A stretch of 64,000 nt of DNA from an uncultured Candidatus Saccharibacteria bacterium (GCA_964532425.1 CAZHIA010000001.1:201481-265480); one strand, 5' to 3'. Shown: positions 40,611 to 49,769, numbered from the stretch's first letter. Numbers and translations are program-made. The notes: generated by a model not told the origin, from the sequence alone.

Positions 40611-40692
40611 AGATTCCTCCGTCCAAGTTGGATATACAACAGCAAAGGCCGCCTTTGTGTATGCTGGTCCGAGCGCAATGCGTATAATCTAC

Positions 40693-40941
40693 CTACCATT
40701 CGCCAAGCTGTCTTACCAGGTCCTGGACGCTGAAGTTGGGAATGGAGGCGGGGCCGATAACTTGCATACGTCCGCGCTTGGCGTTTGCTTGCATGAGTGC
40801 CAGGACGAGTCTGCCGCGGCTCGCTGCGTCAGCGCAGTTACCGAAGACTGGCGTGTCGTCTTTGATGGTAGCGGGATCAACCTTCAGAAATCCTGCTAAC
40901 GTATCGACCACCATTTGTCTTGTGGAAGTCGTGCTTGTCAT
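40693..40941 (-). CDS. Acyl-carrier-protein-like small protein, degenerate
   Basis: VVDTLAGFLKVDPATIKDDTP...SVQDLVRQL; no canonical DSL motif. Confidence 0.45.
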   Translation of the reverse strand: MTSTTSTRQMVVDTLAGFLKVDPATIKDDTPVFGNCADAASRGRLVLALMQANAKRGRMQVIGPASIPNFSVQDLVRQLGEW

Positions 40942-41118
40942 TCTTGTTCCTCCTAAAACCTTTAGCCCTTGCTGCTGTCGTTTAGCTAAAGGACTTCCTA
41001 GTATACATTTAATAGTGCGCTCGTGTCCAGGATGGGTTGCAAGACAGCGGCACGGGCAGTGTTATAGAGGTGATCAAAAAGCGTACGCGGCTGCCGGGGC
41101 AGCGCGTACGCGTAGGGT

Positions 41119-41904
41119 TCATTCGAGGTCTGGGAGTGCGTTGGCATCGGCGAACATCTTGGAAGCGGCAGTCCTGTAGCGGATGGCTTCGTGGATATCG
41201 AGGTGGTCCGATTCGGTCCTAAGTTTTCCTTCCGCGTCAATGCTGATGTTGGGAAATTCCCGAACGATCGGTTCTACGAGGTACAAGGTATCGGCGGAAA
41301 GTCCGCCAGCTACCCCAAGTCCCACACCGGCATCTACGCTCGCGAGCGCCCGCAGGTAATCCAACATTTCTTCCGGGTCCAAAGGTTTTCCGGTGCCCCC
41401 GCTTGGGTCGAGCAGTACGTAGTCGACCAAGCCGCTGTACCCGTTCTTCACCTGGAACGCCAGTTCGACCGGGTTGTGATCGATCTTTTCGAATGCCGTG
41501 TGACCGATTTGGAGAACGATTGTCGGCCAACTGCCGAATTGCTCGCGGAATAGGTACAGGTTGCCGGGATTCGGCCAGGTCATGTTGAGCTGGAAGCCGT
41601 CAAAGTTCGGTCCGGCCAGTTCGATAATTTGCCCCAATTCGCTGACCAGGTTTCCTTCGTTCTTCGTTGTATAGTGGACCAGATTCAAAGTGTTCTTCTT
41701 GTCTACGAACAACTCCTTGATCCATTCCATTGCGGGGTAGCGGTTGGGCCATTTGTTCACGGCTCGTTGCAGCGTTTTGGAGCTTGCCAGGACCCCCACC
41801 ATAATTTGGCGGGCGGCTCGCATGGGGACTCGGGGAACGTTGCTTAACACGGTGTATACTTCGACGTCGCTCATGAAGCCGGTAATGCCTATGTAAGGCC
41901 TCAT
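41119..41904 (-). CDS. Phosphoribosylanthranilate isomerase (TrpF)-like TIM-barrel protein
   Basis: YIGITG, FQLN, VLLDPSGGTG, GVAGGLSAD, SIDAEGKLR. Confidence 0.7.
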   Translation of the reverse strand: MRPYIGITGFMSDVEVYTVLSNVPRVPMRAARQIMVGVLASSKTLQRAVNKWPNRYPAMEWIKELFVDKKNTLNLVHYTTKNEGNLVSELGQIIELAGPNFDGFQLNMTWPNPGNLYLFREQFGSWPTIVLQIGHTAFEKIDHNPVELAFQVKNGYSGLVDYVLLDPSGGTGKPLDPEEMLDYLRALASVDAGVGLGVAGGLSADTLYLVEPIVREFPNISIDAEGKLRTESDHLDIHEAIRYRTAASKMFADANALPDLE

Positions 41905-42056
41905 TGTCTTTCCTCCTTGGAAGTTCTTTGAAGACTTTGAATGGTATCAAGAAAGACTGTGATTGTCCAGGGATGCTATTTCAGGCGGTTGCAATATAAA
42001 GGGAGCTCTACGCATTATAAAAAACCGTCTCCGCGCTGGGAGACGGCAGTGCACTC

Positions 42057-42605
42057 TTAATGGACGTGTCCCTTCTTTTTCGGGGGAGGCGTTTCCCCGG
42101 TCGTTTCCGACCCGTTGTGCCTGAGGACAGCCGCGGCGTGGGCAATATCGTCATAGTCGACATCGAGCATTCCTTCGTGGTTCGCTGTGTGTAGCGTAAC
42201 ATGCGTCGGTCCGATGGCGGTGACTTTGCCGACTATGGTGGTACCGTCATTGAGCTGAAGCCTGACAATATGCCGGATGAATTTCAGGAACGGTGTAGCC
42301 GACGGATGGATGATCGTGCCAGGCTCTTTGAAGGAGACATTATGGGAGCCGAAATATTTCCGGCAAAATTTTACGAGGCGGATTTCTTCGGTGTCGTGTA
42401 CCGTGACGGTTATGTACCAACCGTTTGGGTGTTCGAAATAGCTGCTGATTGGCCGAAGGAAACTCCGGCCGCTGGAGGAGTCTGTCAGACGGAATGCCTC
42501 GCCGAAGGCTTTCATGAAATCCCATTCAAGCCCGAGCGGGACGATTATTTCCCACACGATGTTGCGCATAGTAACACGTGACTCGGCAGTGGGTGCTGGG
42601 TCCAT
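42057..42605 (-). CDS. Hypothetical protein with a C-terminal Sm/LSm-like domain
   Basis: IVRLQLNDGTTIVGKVTAIGPTHVTL...VDYDDIAHA; AAGGAG RBS. Confidence 0.6.
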   Translation of the reverse strand: MDPAPTAESRVTMRNIVWEIIVPLGLEWDFMKAFGEAFRLTDSSSGRSFLRPISSYFEHPNGWYITVTVHDTEEIRLVKFCRKYFGSHNVSFKEPGTIIHPSATPFLKFIRHIVRLQLNDGTTIVGKVTAIGPTHVTLHTANHEGMLDVDYDDIAHAAAVLRHNGSETTGETPPPKKKGHVH

Positions 42606-42746
42606 CTATAACCTCCTTTACCGCCTCCTGTCGGCAATACTGCCCGATATGAGAGGCACTCATAGTATACCAATTCTCCTCTTAAATAAGAAATATTTTT
42701 TTTGCTGCCCACAATCGAAGTTGCTGCATCCCAATCCTAAAAAAAG

Positions 42747-42777
42747 TTTACATTTTACTGCATATGCAGTAAAATGT
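42747..42777 (+). promoter_or_regulatory. sigma70 promoter TTTACA-17-TAAAAT overlapped by a 28-bp perfect palindrome
   Basis: acattttactgcatatgcagtaaaatgt at 42750-42777; the spacer 42753-42769 is exactly 17 bp. Confidence 0.75.
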
Positions 42778-42836
42778 TGAATATATTAACCGTTTGGAGA
42801 GATGGAGGAAATTCAAACGGGAACGCAGCGAGTGTT

Positions 42837-43511
42837 ATGAGACAAAAAGATAAAAAAATCAGCATTAAGTATGTAGTCAAAAAACATTTACCTGAAAAGA
42901 AATCGAATACGCCACCTCTGTTTACGCCGGAGGAAGTGGCGAAACTGAAGACCGCAGGTAGTGTTGTACTTGGTATTGTCGTAGCGGCCGGAGCACTGAC
43001 GATTGCGGCCATGGCTCCAAATGCTCTGCAGCTCATCAAATTTCTGCCAGGGTTGAACAAGCGAAATAAGCGTTATTCTGAGAGCGAAGAAATTGCCAAG
43101 GCGGTGTACTATTTACGGGACAGGGGATATGTGGAATTGTTACCTCGTGGCAATGATTATGAAATACGGGTTACAAAAAAAGGACACAAGAGAATTTTAA
43201 AATTTGACCTTCAGAAGCTGGAAGTCCCGCGACCCGAAAAATGGGATGGCAAGTGGTGGATTATTATTGCGGATGTACCGATTAATGAGCGCGTGCATGC
43301 AGGCTATTTGAGGGACAAGTTCAAAGCCATGTGCTTTTTCCCGCTCCAAAAAACCGTATGGGTCTATCCGTACGATCCGCGCGACCAGGTGGATTTTGTC
43401 TCCTCGTACTTTAGCTTGGAACGGTTTCTCACCATATTGCGGGCAGACAAGCTGGATCCAGAAGATGAAAAAGAACTCACTTCTTTCTTTAAGGAACACA
43501 GTATACTCTAA
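42837..43511 (+). CDS. PaaX-like protein: winged HTH plus Cas2-like ferredoxin-fold domain
   Basis: AKAVYYLRDRGYV...RVTKKG (wHTH); KWDGKWWIIIADVP...LRDKFKAMCFFPLQKTVWVYPYD; start moved because ATG 42774 overlaps the -10. Confidence 0.8.
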   Translation: MRQKDKKISIKYVVKKHLPEKKSNTPPLFTPEEVAKLKTAGSVVLGIVVAAGALTIAAMAPNALQLIKFLPGLNKRNKRYSESEEIAKAVYYLRDRGYVELLPRGNDYEIRVTKKGHKRILKFDLQKLEVPRPEKWDGKWWIIIADVPINERVHAGYLRDKFKAMCFFPLQKTVWVYPYDPRDQVDFVSSYFSLERFLTILRADKLDPEDEKELTSFFKEHSIL

Positions 43512-43540
43512 GTATATCTAGAAAGTAATCCATATCCTGT

Positions 43541-43586
43541 AGTCATTCTACAAAAAGCTGCATATGCAGCTTTTTGTAGAATGACT
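43541..43586. repeat. 46-bp perfect palindrome (CTGCATATGCAG family)
   Basis: agtcattctacaaaaagctgcatatgcagctttttgtagaatgact, 30 bp after the PaaX-like stop. Confidence 0.9.
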
Positions 43587-43784
43587 TTCATTAGGTAAAT
43601 TTAATGAGGGCATAATCAATTTCTCAAGCTTGACGCTTATGGTGATATGGTGTTTAAATAGAGAGTCCGCACGGACTTACCTGATCCGAATAAAACCTAA
43701 CTTGCTAACCACATGTTGGGTTCGGAAAGGGACAACTGTTGCGCTAGACACGCAATGGTACTTCAATTTGAAAGAGGATTATAA

Positions 43785-44495
43785 ATGTCTGCTAAGCACA
43801 GACCTGCAGAAGTTTTTCGTCCTGTTGACCGGCTCACAGACCTCTTCACCCGGGTATACCAGGAAATGAAGAAGGGTCAGCGCAGCCCGGAGATGGATAA
43901 GGCACTGCTGGATTCGCTCCAGTGGTATCACGAAAACCGTTTGGGGATTGTCATACGTACCGAACCGAAGAAGGCCGCTGTCACCCCTGAAGAAACTCAG
44001 AGGCTTCTTTCCATTCCGATATTTGATTCGACGATTGATTGGAGGATTCAGCGCTACTGCAAGCCGCTGGGCATTCACTACGTCGGCGAACTTTATCTTA
44101 TTGAATGGAAGTACCCCAGAGACCAGAAGCACTCGCAATCCGTGGCGCGGGCAATGGTGGAAGACTTTCTGATCGGCCTTGGCTTTCCTCCTGCGGCGAC
44201 GCTCGAAGAGCTCGACTGGAAACCGCCGTACGACAACGACGAGTTTCGTCGTCTGCTCGATCAGCCCATCGAAACCATAACAACCCAGCACTTTAGTTAC
44301 CAGAGGATATTTCTCGGGTGGAAATACGACAAGATGAGAGAAGTATTTATCGGAGATGCCTTTGGTAAATCCAAACGGGACAACGACTACTTCCGTTCTT
44401 TCCGGGAACACGGCAAGAAAGACAAAGGGCTGCACGCAGGGATGTGGGCAAGAGGCTGGAAGCGGCCCGTTGCATTGGAGGTGGCCAATGGTTAA
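43785..44495 (+). CDS. Hypothetical protein with RNA polymerase alpha-CTD-like repeat(s)
   Basis: LLSIPIFDSTIDWRIQRYCKPLGIHYVGEL and a second LLDQPIE... segment. Confidence 0.6.
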   Translation: MSAKHRPAEVFRPVDRLTDLFTRVYQEMKKGQRSPEMDKALLDSLQWYHENRLGIVIRTEPKKAAVTPEETQRLLSIPIFDSTIDWRIQRYCKPLGIHYVGELYLIEWKYPRDQKHSQSVARAMVEDFLIGLGFPPAATLEELDWKPPYDNDEFRRLLDQPIETITTQHFSYQRIFLGWKYDKMREVFIGDAFGKSKRDNDYFRSFREHGKKDKGLHAGMWARGWKRPVALEVANG

Positions 44496-44736
44496 CTGCG
44501 GCAAGTGCGAGAAAGCGGCGCGGTGGCGGTTAATAACCAAGACCGAAGGTTTTGGGAATTCGGATGCTGGCGGTGCAGCCCATATCCGTTACGCCTGCGA
44601 TGGCCACAGGGACGAGGTGAAGGGGGAGATGGAAGTTACCATCGCTGACGGCGAACGAGCGTGCGGCAATCCGCTGTATCCGCAGTTCTCCAAACTCGGA
44701 TTCGGCCCCGTTCAAACCGTTCCGTTCCGGCAGTAG
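44488..44736 (+). CDS. Small Zn-finger-like protein
   Basis: MVNCGKC...YACDGH; GGAGGT RBS; overlaps the upstream stop. Confidence 0.6.
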   Translation: MVNCGKCEKAARWRLITKTEGFGNSDAGGAAHIRYACDGHRDEVKGEMEVTIADGERACGNPLYPQFSKLGFGPVQTVPFRQ

Positions 44737-44862
44737 CAAGACATGTATTTACACAACCAGCATACGTGCTGGCACGCAGCGCGCGTCTCGGATTCTATCC
44801 GGACGCGCGCTTTCTAATTGTTCCCACAAAGGTCACCTTCGTTTATTCAAAATATAAAACCA

Positions 44863-44882
44863 CCCTTCGACAAGCTCAGGGT
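44863..44882. repeat. CCCTTCGACAAGCTCAGGGT-type short imperfect palindrome
   Basis: Variant cccttcgactagttcagggt at 56226-56245. Confidence 0.6.
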
Positions 44883-44918
44883 GGTTATGGAGACGAAAAG
44901 CACATGGCGCCGTTTTGC

Positions 44919-45128
44919 CTATTTTGGTTCATCGTGCCCGGGGTCGTCCAATCCAGCGGCGATGTTGACTGCCTCTATGGATCGCTGCATTGCTTCGTTG
45001 TCGACAACCTCCGCAACCTGGTCGTACGTTAGCATGGCTACCATAATTGTGGCTTCCTTCAGTTCCCTGTCAGTCATGAAAAGGTTAGCCCGCAACTTCT
45101 GCTCGAAGAATGCTCTTTTTTCTCTCAT
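44919..45128 (-). CDS. Hypothetical protein
   Basis: 69 aa; GGAGG RBS. Confidence 0.55.
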   Translation of the reverse strand: MREKRAFFEQKLRANLFMTDRELKEATIMVAMLTYDQVAEVVDNEAMQRSIEAVNIAAGLDDPGHDEPK

Positions 45129-45287
45129 ACTTTCCTCCGGTCGTAAGATAGCTTAGGATAGCATGGCGTACGTACGCTGTCCAGAATGGGCAAACCCGGC
45201 ACCTTTACAAATAGTCCCTGCATTGCTATTCTGAATTTTCCATGATCCGGCCTGCGGGCAGGGGATTGGATGGAGAGGAGGAAGTGA

Positions 45288-45629
45288 GTGATTAAGTCGA
45301 ATGAGCGGGAAAAAGGGGATGTGACGATCGTGGACATTAGCGGGCGAATATCGCTCGGGCAGGGTGCAGACAGTTTGAGGGAAATAACCATTGACCTGGT
45401 TCGCAGAGGTCGGAAGAAGGTTATTCTCAACCTGGCCGAAACTTCTTACATCGACTCCAGTGGTATAGGGGAACTCGTGAGCGGTTTTACCCGTCTGGCC
45501 AATCACGGCGCTGAGCTTAAGCTGCTGGTTATTGGAAAGCGGCTTAAGGACTTGCTCAAAATGATAGGACTTTATACAGTCTTCGACATGTTCGAGGACG
45601 AAAACGAAGCTGTCCGAAGTTTCCAGTAG
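45288..45629 (+). CDS. STAS-domain anti-sigma-factor antagonist (RsbV/SpoIIAA-like)
   Basis: IVDISGRISLG, ILNLAETSYIDSSGIGELV. Confidence 0.9.
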   Translation: MIKSNEREKGDVTIVDISGRISLGQGADSLREITIDLVRRGRKKVILNLAETSYIDSSGIGELVSGFTRLANHGAELKLLVIGKRLKDLLKMIGLYTVFDMFEDENEAVRSFQ

Positions 45630-45641
45630 TAGGGAGGGAGA

Positions 45642-45992
45642 ATGGTAAAATTCAACATCACGGAAATTCAGGATGTCACCGTCCTTGATGCGTCGGGCAG
45701 GATCACACTCGGCGAAGGCTCGGTAATGCTACGGGACACATTCCGCGCGCTGGTTGCCGAAGGGAAACGCAAATTCGTTCTGTGTGTCGGTGATGTCAGC
45801 TACATCGACTCTTCCGGCATCGGCGAAATGGTCTCCGGACAGCATGTGGTAACCAAGAGCGGCGGAGAAATCAAACTCGCCGCGCTCACCAAACGCGTGA
45901 AGGACCTGCTTCAGATCACCAAGCTTTATACCGATTTCAGCGTCTACGACACTTCCGAAGACGCCGTCGAGGCGTTTCTGAAGGCGAAATAA
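45642..45992 (+). CDS. STAS-domain anti-sigma-factor antagonist (paralogue)
   Basis: VLDASGRITLGEG, VSYIDSSGIGEMV, KDLLQITKL. Confidence 0.9.
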   Translation: MVKFNITEIQDVTVLDASGRITLGEGSVMLRDTFRALVAEGKRKFVLCVGDVSYIDSSGIGEMVSGQHVVTKSGGEIKLAALTKRVKDLLQITKLYTDFSVYDTSEDAVEAFLKAK

Positions 45993-46176
45993 TAAGCACA
46001 AACAAATGGGGCACGTCCCTACACAAAACCACCCTAGCTAGAACAAAGGGTGGTTTTTATATATCTTTGATGGACAAAATCGTTTACGAAGATTACGAAG
46101 GTGACCTTTGTAAATTCAAATTAAAAAGGCGGCACTGCGTGAGTGCCGCCGTTCTGTTTTGACGGTCTATAAATAT

Positions 46177-46362
46177 TTAGCCTCCTCCTGGCTCTAGTTT
46201 TTCTCCACAGTAGGGACAACACCATACGCGGTTGAGTTGGGGCTCTTGCAGGGTGAAGTAAAATACACCCCAGAAAACAGCGCCGAGGTCTTGGAACTGC
46301 TTTACATGCATTCCGTATGGCCTGCCCACCCCTTTGGGGCACTTATGCTCCTTCAAAGACAA
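46177..46362 (-). CDS. Small Zn-ribbon protein
   Basis: HKC...CCPYCGEKL; AAGGAGG RBS. Confidence 0.55.
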   Translation of the reverse strand: MSLKEHKCPKGVGRPYGMHVKQFQDLGAVFWGVFYFTLQEPQLNRVWCCPYCGEKLEPGGG

Positions 46363-46474
46363 CCTCCTTCCCTTCGTTCTTGGCTTATATCTCCCCGTTT
46401 GATAATTCCCAAAAGACGCTTTATTTTACCAAAAACTTTCGCAAAAGCAAAGGCATATTTAATGTATCTAATGT

Positions 46475-46518
46475 ATTATTCTACAAAAAGCTGCATATGC
46501 AGTTTTTTGTAGAATAAT
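46475..46518. repeat. 44-bp palindrome (CTGCATATGCAG family)
   Basis: attattctacaaaaagctgcatatgcagttttttgtagaataat. Confidence 0.9.
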
Positions 46519-46638
46519 CATGATTGAGTATGGGAATATACGAAGATGACCATTGTATGGGGACCTTTGTAACACAAAACCACCGCATGAGCGGCGGTTT
46601 AAAGTTTTTTTGTGGGGATACCTGGCCTACTTCGCTTT

Positions 46639-46917
46639 TCAGGCTACGCTGATCTCTGTGAAAAAACCTTTAAGCATTTCTTTCAGAACTGTTTTTCCTT
46701 TGGTTGTTTTAAAATACCTTTCCCTTTTTAGTGCATCAAATTTGTTCGGAAAAGCTTCATAAAAAATTAATTCAAGCGGTCTGCGATTTCGGGTGGAGAT
46801 ATTTTTTCCAGAATTATGATCTTTAACTCTTGTTTTTAAATCTTCAGAGTACCCAATATAAAACAGTCTATCTTTCAGGCTGCGGAGAATATAAACATAG
46901 TAAAATTTTACTGGCAT
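46639..46917 (-). CDS. Stand-alone GIY-YIG nuclease-family protein
   Basis: YYVYILRS...FYIGYSEDLKTRVKDHNSG...YEAF...ALKRERYFK. Confidence 0.9.
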   Translation of the reverse strand: MPVKFYYVYILRSLKDRLFYIGYSEDLKTRVKDHNSGKNISTRNRRPLELIFYEAFPNKFDALKRERYFKTTKGKTVLKEMLKGFFTEISVA

Positions 46918-47137
46918 ATGTTTGTTTATACTATTTTGGTTATAGTATATCACTAATTAAAACAGCCCTGAACCACTCGGCCTGAAGGCCTTGGGTACAG
47001 GGCATGTATCAGTCGCTCATGGCTGCACTAGCCCTGAACCAGTCATCCGCCCAAAGCGGATTCCGGTACAGGGCATATACCACTCGCACTTTCATGTATA
47101 TGGCTGCGCCATATACCCGAGCAAAGCGAGTGGTATA

Positions 47138-47526
47138 TGGTGGAGATGCCGGGAGTTAAACCCGGGTCCAAAACGTATCGATCTTCCCATTATTCACAAG
47201 ATTAGTCGGTTATTGTACCTCTATGATATCCAACCGACAACGAATCATAAAGGCTGATATACAAGTCTTGTTCCCGGCAGGTATATCGGCCACCGGGCTA
47301 GCAACCTCTAATGAACCCACTAACCCCGAGCGGAGGTGCGCGCGGGAGTGAGGTAACAACCTAAAGTTAGGCCATTACAGGTGCGAGGTCGGCGTTTTGA
47401 AACGCGGCCACTACCTTTTGCCAGGAATTGGCATTTGTTGGTTGATCGCAGGATTTTCGAGGTCAGCAATCGTGCTCGTCTTGCATATGAAAAGATGTCA
47501 AAGTTCTGTCAAAAACCGTCATCCCC
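47138..47526 (-). ncRNA. ssrA: tmRNA
   Basis: 5' GGGGATGACGGTTTTTGACA; 3' GACCCGGGTTTAACTCCCGGCATCTCCACCA; tag frame 47432-47367 encoding ANSWQKVVAAFQNADLAPVMA*. Confidence 0.93.
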
Positions 47527-47697
47527 ATAAAAAACTTCCAGAGGATAGTCCTGTACCCGACTCAAAGGAGTGGTATCAGGGCATCCCCGTGGATAATACT
47601 GTAGCATAAATTTTCCGTCAGGTCAATAAATTGGGTAAAAGACGACTTTTATATGCGCTAATTTATGGCTTATATAAGCCATAAATATATATTAATA

Positions 47698-47726
47698 TTG
47701 ACAATATGACTAAAATGTTATATAAT
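47698..47726 (+). promoter_or_regulatory. Perfect sigma70 consensus promoter TTGACA-17-TATAAT
   Basis: ttgacaatatgactaaaatgttatataat. Confidence 0.8.
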
Positions 47727-47822
47727 ATACGGATACTTTCCAAGTATCAAAAAGGCTTTGCTGTGTGCCTTAACCAAACACTTCACGGCTCTTTATTGAG
47801 CTTTCAAAGGAGGTTCATTCCC

Positions 47823-48413
47823 ATGAATGAACAGATTTTTGACACCATCACGGTCGAATTTGATATCCTGTATCATGCATCGATCGAGCTGAGTGAGAAT
47901 GGAACATTTTCCATCACTCAGAAGTGCCAAGACGACCACGCCACGGCCAAAATCGCTAACAAGGACATCGAAGCTCTTGAGGCAGCTCTTCGGGAGGGTT
48001 TTAGAAACCCTAAAAACCGGCATGCGATTCACAGCATCTCGATCACGTTCAACAAGATGCGGCTCCCTCGGATGCAGATGTATGTCCCGGACAGTCAGGA
48101 CGAAAACGGTTTTCGGCAAGGGCTCGGGGTGCATGGCTTCGATGGGTTTACATTCATTTCTGATTGTGACCCGAAGTCAAAGCTGGTCACGATTATGATC
48201 CATCCGCACCAGATCACCGACGCCGACAAGACCTACGAGCAAGTTTTTAAGGCCTTCGTTGGCTTTGCGAGAAAGACTGTGCAGTTTGCGCGGAGTGGCG
48301 ACGCGATTACTAACCTTATTCGCGCGCTGCGCAAGCAGCCGACGGATGAAGGCTACATCTCCCGGGCCATTCACACGGCCTACGGCGAGATGAGCAAGCA
48401 GGCTCGCTACTAG
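47823..48413 (+). CDS. Hypothetical protein
   Basis: AAGGAGGT RBS before MNEQIF. Confidence 0.7.
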   Translation: MNEQIFDTITVEFDILYHASIELSENGTFSITQKCQDDHATAKIANKDIEALEAALREGFRNPKNRHAIHSISITFNKMRLPRMQMYVPDSQDENGFRQGLGVHGFDGFTFISDCDPKSKLVTIMIHPHQITDADKTYEQVFKAFVGFARKTVQFARSGDAITNLIRALRKQPTDEGYISRAIHTAYGEMSKQARY

Positions 48414-48462
48414 TCGCGCAGAAGTGTACTAAGGGAATTTGGACCACACCGGGAGGGTGTAA

Positions 48463-48645
48463 ATGAAGCTATTTCTGCTCGTTTTTGAAGACAACCAGCT
48501 GGAGCTGGTTGACGCCGGGTGCATTTACACTTCTCCGGAAGTCGCGGAGGGTGTGAGAGTTGTCCGTCAGGGAATGTGGCCGGATCGGACGCTTGTCGTC
48601 CGGCCTATGGATGCCGACACGCGGAAGAGTTTCGCCGCGGTTTAG
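48463..48645 (+). CDS. Hypothetical protein
   Basis: 60 aa; GGAGG RBS. Confidence 0.55.
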   Translation: MKLFLLVFEDNQLELVDAGCIYTSPEVAEGVRVVRQGMWPDRTLVVRPMDADTRKSFAAV

Positions 48646-48700
48646 TCGGCCAAACCAAAAAGAGGGAAGATGAATCGAGCGTTGTCCTGTGACGACGCGC

Positions 48701-48743
48701 ACTGCCGCCAAGACATCTTCGGATGTTGAGGCGGCTTTGTTTT
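48701..48743 (+). terminator. 43-bp terminator-like hairpin with an identical copy at 49644-49686
   Basis: actgccgccaagacatcttcggatgttgaggcggctttgtttt. Confidence 0.75.
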
Positions 48744-48824
48744 GTCCGCTTACAATATAAAAACCGCCACAACACCCAAGACTTCGGGTGCGGGCGGTGT
48801 TTGATGAGCGACCAGGCTGCTCGG

Positions 48825-49142
48825 CTACTTCCGTTCCCAAACAACGGAATTCCAACCGGGCTTCCAGTTCGGTTTGTTGGGCACGAACTTTTTGACCGGC
48901 AGATCCCGCAAGCAGGGGAACTGATTGGTATCTGCCAGCGTTTCGGGATTGGCTTCGATGAATACCCGGATGAGCTTGATGTCGTTGGTGGATACGCCGT
49001 TCGACCAGGATCCTTTCGCGGCGATGGCTGCCGCCATCTGTTCCACATCCCTCCAGTCTAACGGCGGGGCGAGATTGATTTGGGCAAGCTGGACGCTGTC
49101 TTGCTTACCCACCGAGCCTTCGAGGCTCATTAAGCAGTACAT
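48825..49142 (-). CDS. Hypothetical protein
   Basis: GGGAGG RBS before MYCLMS. Confidence 0.6.
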   Translation of the reverse strand: MYCLMSLEGSVGKQDSVQLAQINLAPPLDWRDVEQMAAAIAAKGSWSNGVSTNDIKLIRVFIEANPETLADTNQFPCLRDLPVKKFVPNKPNWKPGWNSVVWERK

Positions 49143-49294
49143 TCTAACTTCCTCCCTACTTGTGATGTTGGAACACACATAAAGATGCCATGTTTATGGG
49201 GTATTGTCAATTCAGCGTAGGCTGCATGCAATTGACAAATACCATAGAAGAGTGGTATTTTTGTTTGTTAGTGAACAACCCAAAGGAGACCAAA

Positions 49295-49603
49295 ATGAAA
49301 GTGCAAGTAGTTTCGTGGAGAGGCTATGCCAGCACCATGGATTTCATTCATGGTATGAGGCAAACTTTTACAGGGTTGCTTGTGTCAGGTGACACAACAC
49401 TCTTAATCACTTCAGTCGACGGGCTGGGACTTCAAGCCGCACGCCTCAACGAGAAAGAATTAGAGTACAAAGTTGAAGGTGAGGTGGAAGTTTCCGAAGA
49501 ATTTGTCCGGCGAGCGGAGGCCTTTGCGGCAGCCAAAGACGAACTGGGCACGCACGCACAAGAATTTAAGGCACTCGTCCCCAAAGGGGCCGGAACACTC
49601 TGA
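49295..49603 (+). CDS. Hypothetical protein
   Basis: AAGGAG RBS before MKVQVV; TTGACA at 49232. Confidence 0.65.
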   Translation: MKVQVVSWRGYASTMDFIHGMRQTFTGLLVSGDTTLLITSVDGLGLQAARLNEKELEYKVEGEVEVSEEFVRRAEAFAAAKDELGTHAQEFKALVPKGAGTL

Positions 49604-49769
49604 AACGTTTGCACAATCTGAGTGCAGAACGGTCATCTTCTATACTGCCGCCAAGACATCTTCGGATGTTGAGGCGGCTTTGTTTTTGCTTATGTAATGA
49701 GACGTACTGAATACAATAGAGTAACTTTAAGCCGAAATGGTATAATACCATTGCTTAATTATAGTAAAG

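Noticed and set aside
42837-43511. Calling this gene cas2 or a CRISPR-Cas locus
   Set aside because: It has an N-terminal wHTH and is ~224 aa; there is no cas1 and no repeat-spacer array, and the palindromes are kilobases apart
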